46,238 bases of DNA. Source: a virus. Lineage: Duplodnaviria > Caudoviricetes. The notes under the pieces were generated by a model. It saw only the letters and a program-made list of their open reading frames with translations. It searched no databases and was not told where the DNA came from. A program made the translations under genes and the position numbers. Shown here one piece after another: positions 44,342-46,238 of this stretch (position 1 is the stretch's first letter; every line of letters starts with the position of its first letter). The DNA is taken from the IMG/VR virus record IMGVR_UViG_3300037100_000084, positions 1 through 46,238 of that record; one strand, written 5' to 3'.

Positions 44342-44432
44342 GAGACCGCCTTGATTGAGGAATGGGACTTCGCACTGCGCGTCGGTCAGTCACGGCCCTC
44401 CCCTCTGTCTCGGAGTTCTGTAAGAACGCTAG

Positions 44433-44522
44433 TCAACGGTGAAACCTCACGATGGCCAGGCAGATGTCGCCGCCGATCTCAATGCCGATGAGCCAAAGCA
44501 GGATCGCGCGAAACAGTCTCAT
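44433..44522 (-). CDS. 29-aa hydrophobic peptide MRLFRAILLWLIGIEIGGDICLAIVRFHR (cassette slot 5, right)
   Basis: Own translation; ATGA overlap; AGGAGG SD. Confidence 0.5.
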   Translation of the reverse strand: MRLFRAILLWLIGIEIGGDICLAIVRFHR

Positions 44523-44929
44523 TCGGCCTCCTGTGAGAGAGACTCCAAAATGGCGTCACGAAGTTCTTCGATTCTTGCCATGATGACGCCCGTCTCGGTA
44601 TCAGAGTACGAGGTGCCCTCATAAATCCGGGAGCGCAGCATCGCTAACACTGCATCCGTAAATGGTCGAATATCGGCGCGGCTCAGTACAGGTGGCTCTA
44701 CCGGGGCCAAAAGTGTTGCCGCGATTTCTTCGGCTTTCGCGAATGGGTCTTGAAACGCGCCGAGGTCAACGTTGTCATATGGTCCAGCGGGGCGGCAGAG
44801 ATAAAGCGTGTTGTCCGCGTAGGCGTGGAACTGCAATCCATCACCAAAGGTCGCCTTCATGGCGTCGAACGGCCCTTTCAGTTCCTGCCATTCAAGAGTC
44901 TTTCGGCCTTTTTCGTCGCGGTCACTCAT
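44519..44929 (-). CDS. Modular cassette protein MSDRD-[module]-APVEPPVLSR-[module]-DAILESLSQE
   Basis: ORF track; motif scaffold shared with 282..578. Confidence 0.75.
   Translation of the reverse strand: MSDRDEKGRKTLEWQELKGPFDAMKATFGDGLQFHAYADNTLYLCRPAGPYDNVDLGAFQDPFAKAEEIAATLLAPVEPPVLSRADIRPFTDAVLAMLRSRIYEGTSYSDTETGVIMARIEELRDAILESLSQEAE
44528..44563. repeat. Junction repeat C, copy 2
   Basis: 35/36 identical to 294-329. Confidence 0.95.
44677..44708. repeat. Intragenic junction repeat B, copy 2
   Basis: Identical to 434-465. Confidence 0.95.
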
Positions 44930-44944
44930 TCGCGGGGCTCCCCA
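44915..44944. repeat. Junction repeat D, copy 2
   Basis: Identical to 564-593. Confidence 0.95.
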
Positions 44945-45218
44945 CAGAAAACGTCACGAAATCCCAGTCCTCGTCGTACGATTCGGCGGTAAAGGTGTAG
45001 CCAAGTTCCATCGCCAGGAGTTCCAACTGAGGACGAAGCGCCGGGTACTCATAGTCGCTCAGAACGGTCGGGCGTCCACTTTTCAGCCGGTGGCGCAGGT
45101 CCGAGTAGCGAGCGCCGCACACAAAGGCGTGGTCGTCAAGCGTGCCGCCTCCGGATTTACACACGACGAACGGGACCACCAGCGCATTCTCGTGCTCGTC
45201 GTGAATTTCGTCGCTCAT
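44922..45218 (-). CDS. Hypothetical protein, cassette cargo (LVVPFVVCKS.GG..DD.AFV.G)
   Basis: ORF track; bounded by repeats A and D. Confidence 0.75.
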   Translation of the reverse strand: MSDEIHDEHENALVVPFVVCKSGGGTLDDHAFVCGARYSDLRHRLKSGRPTVLSDYEYPALRPQLELLAMELGYTFTAESYDEDWDFVTFSVGSPANE

Positions 45219-45245
45219 TCTTGCGTCACTACAGGTGGCGACAGA
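45215..45245. repeat. Junction repeat A
   Basis: tcattcttgcgtcactacaggtggcgacaga (LSPPVVTQE-stop/ATG). Confidence 0.95.
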
Positions 45246-45913
45246 TGTTGCAGAAGTTGTTGGCCGATTTCTTGCGTGTATCGCGGCGGGATGGCTTGGT
45301 GGAGTTCCTTCTGAGTCATCCAGTCGATGCCCATGAGTTTCTCTTGAATGGATTTCGCAGGCGTGTAGCCACCGTGACGCACGTACTGAGCGTGTTTCTT
45401 GTCTCGTGAGCCCCCGCCATAGACCCCAGCTACCCTCGCACCTGATGCTCGATAAACCGCACAGTTACATTGCCAGCCGCCGACTTTCCAACTCAACTCG
45501 AAGAGCCGGTGTCGTTTCAGGTACAGCGTTTCCCCGTCGGTGTCCGTCGCCGTTAGGTCAAAGACCGTTCCACATAACAAAGCCGAGGGAAGCATTGGTG
45601 CACCGACGACATTCTCAATGATGTAGGGAAGGCCAATATCGTCAAGCAATTCTCTCGTTATTCCTACCAGATCGGGGTGCTCTTTCTTGTGGGTGTGTTT
45701 CGTTATCGAATACGCCTGGCATGGAGGAGAGGCGTGAATGGCGTCGAAACCCGTGAGATACCGCGCCGCGTTTAGGGCATTGCCCTGGTGAAACTCGAAC
45801 GGATAATTCTTCTGCGGACTCAGATCCACGCCAACAACTTCAAAACCGGCATCCGCGTACCCCATCGCCGCTCCACCCGCTCCGCAGAACAAATCCAAAA
45901 GTCGAGGCTTCAT
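45215..45913 (-). CDS. DNA cytosine-C5 methyltransferase
   Basis: LLDLFCGAGG, SPPCQ, IENV, R.R.F and AIPP motifs; start moved to MKPRLL. Confidence 0.92.
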   Translation of the reverse strand: MKPRLLDLFCGAGGAAMGYADAGFEVVGVDLSPQKNYPFEFHQGNALNAARYLTGFDAIHASPPCQAYSITKHTHKKEHPDLVGITRELLDDIGLPYIIENVVGAPMLPSALLCGTVFDLTATDTDGETLYLKRHRLFELSWKVGGWQCNCAVYRASGARVAGVYGGGSRDKKHAQYVRHGGYTPAKSIQEKLMGIDWMTQKELHQAIPPRYTQEIGQQLLQHLSPPVVTQE

Positions 45914-45935
45914 TCTTGCGTCCCTACAGGTGGCG
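45909..45935. repeat. Junction repeat A
   Basis: ttcattcttgcgtccctacaggtggcg. Confidence 0.95.
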
Positions 45936-45948
45936 CCGAACGACTCAT
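45910..45948 (-). CDS. 12-codon mini-ORF MSRSAPPVGTQE
   Basis: Own translation; ATGA overlaps at both ends. Confidence 0.4.
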   Translation of the reverse strand: MSRSAPPVGTQE

Positions 45949-46214
45949 CTTTCAATCCAAAGAACGATCTTTCCGTACTTCTCTATTGCGTCGATTAGTT
46001 CCCGAGCCTCGAGGCAGACTAGATCGTTGCCCCCACCGTCCATTAAACCTTCGAGGAAAGGCACAATTTCAGAGCCGACTTCGGTTTCGTCGGTTCGGAG
46101 CGTGCTGTCGTGCCCCCACAGACGTGGCGCGAGTTTCCACGGTAGTTGATCTAGCGGGTGAATGTCCTCTTTGGGGGGAGGACTCCACGGCTTCCAATAT
46201 GTCGTTGCGCTCAT
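45945..46214 (-). CDS. Hypothetical protein, cassette cargo (89 aa)
   Basis: ORF track; AAAGGAG SD from repeat A*. Confidence 0.75.
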   Translation of the reverse strand: MSATTYWKPWSPPPKEDIHPLDQLPWKLAPRLWGHDSTLRTDETEVGSEIVPFLEGLMDGGGNDLVCLEARELIDAIEKYGKIVLWIER

Positions 46215-46238
46215 TTTTCAATCTCCTTTCGGTTGCGT
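46212..46238. repeat. Junction repeat A*, truncated by the window end
   Basis: catttttcaatctcctttcggttgcgt identical to 1626-1652. Confidence 0.95.

Noticed and set aside
43905-44393. 162-aa ORF overlapping the Rpf-like gene
   Set aside because: Arg-rich alternative frame; only its last ~30 codons might be a real small gene
45914-45955. N-terminal extension MKDESFGATCRDAR of the C5 MTase (likewise 2010-2057, 3603-3710 and 8009-8104)
   Set aside because: Overlaps upstream genes or linkers; coupled downstream starts fit better
44433-46238. Direct terminal repeat or simple duplication of the left end
   Set aside because: Only the short linkers match; intervening DNA is unrelated, and the terminal 27 bp match 1626-1652 rather than position 1
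1-46238. tRNA or rRNA genes; stop-codon reassignment
   Set aside because: No cloverleaf seen by eye (tRNAscan not run); genes tile well with the standard code

Overview
Near-complete, GC-rich tailed phage genome of podovirus-like architecture, probably infecting Actinomycetota (Rpf-like gene, actinobacterial-type parS palindrome, leaderless promoters). Most genes are on the minus strand: terminase, portal, four large internal-virion-like proteins, tailspike, scaffold, major capsid, glycosyltransferase, tail proteins and lysis region (39135 down to 8641), then YqaJ/RecT, HNH, MazG-like and methyltransferase genes (8500 down to 1). A short rightward early operon spans 40949-42928. The most striking feature is a gene-cassette array at both ends of the window. 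Unrelated small genes, including three different DNA methyltransferases, are joined by short conserved junction repeats carrying a stop codon, Shine-Dalgarno and start codon. The two ends show the same ordered scaffold of repeats (A*-A-A-D-B-C) filled with different cargo. The last 27 bp equal 1626-1652, so the ends may be two alternative alleles of one hypervariable locus. Other points: an HNH gene flanked by two versions of its neighbour's 3' end, a parS site with no par genes, a structured ~750 bp non-coding region, four papain-fold enzymes, and no recognisable polymerase, primase, helicase or integrase. All protein calls are from motif recognition by eye, not database searches.
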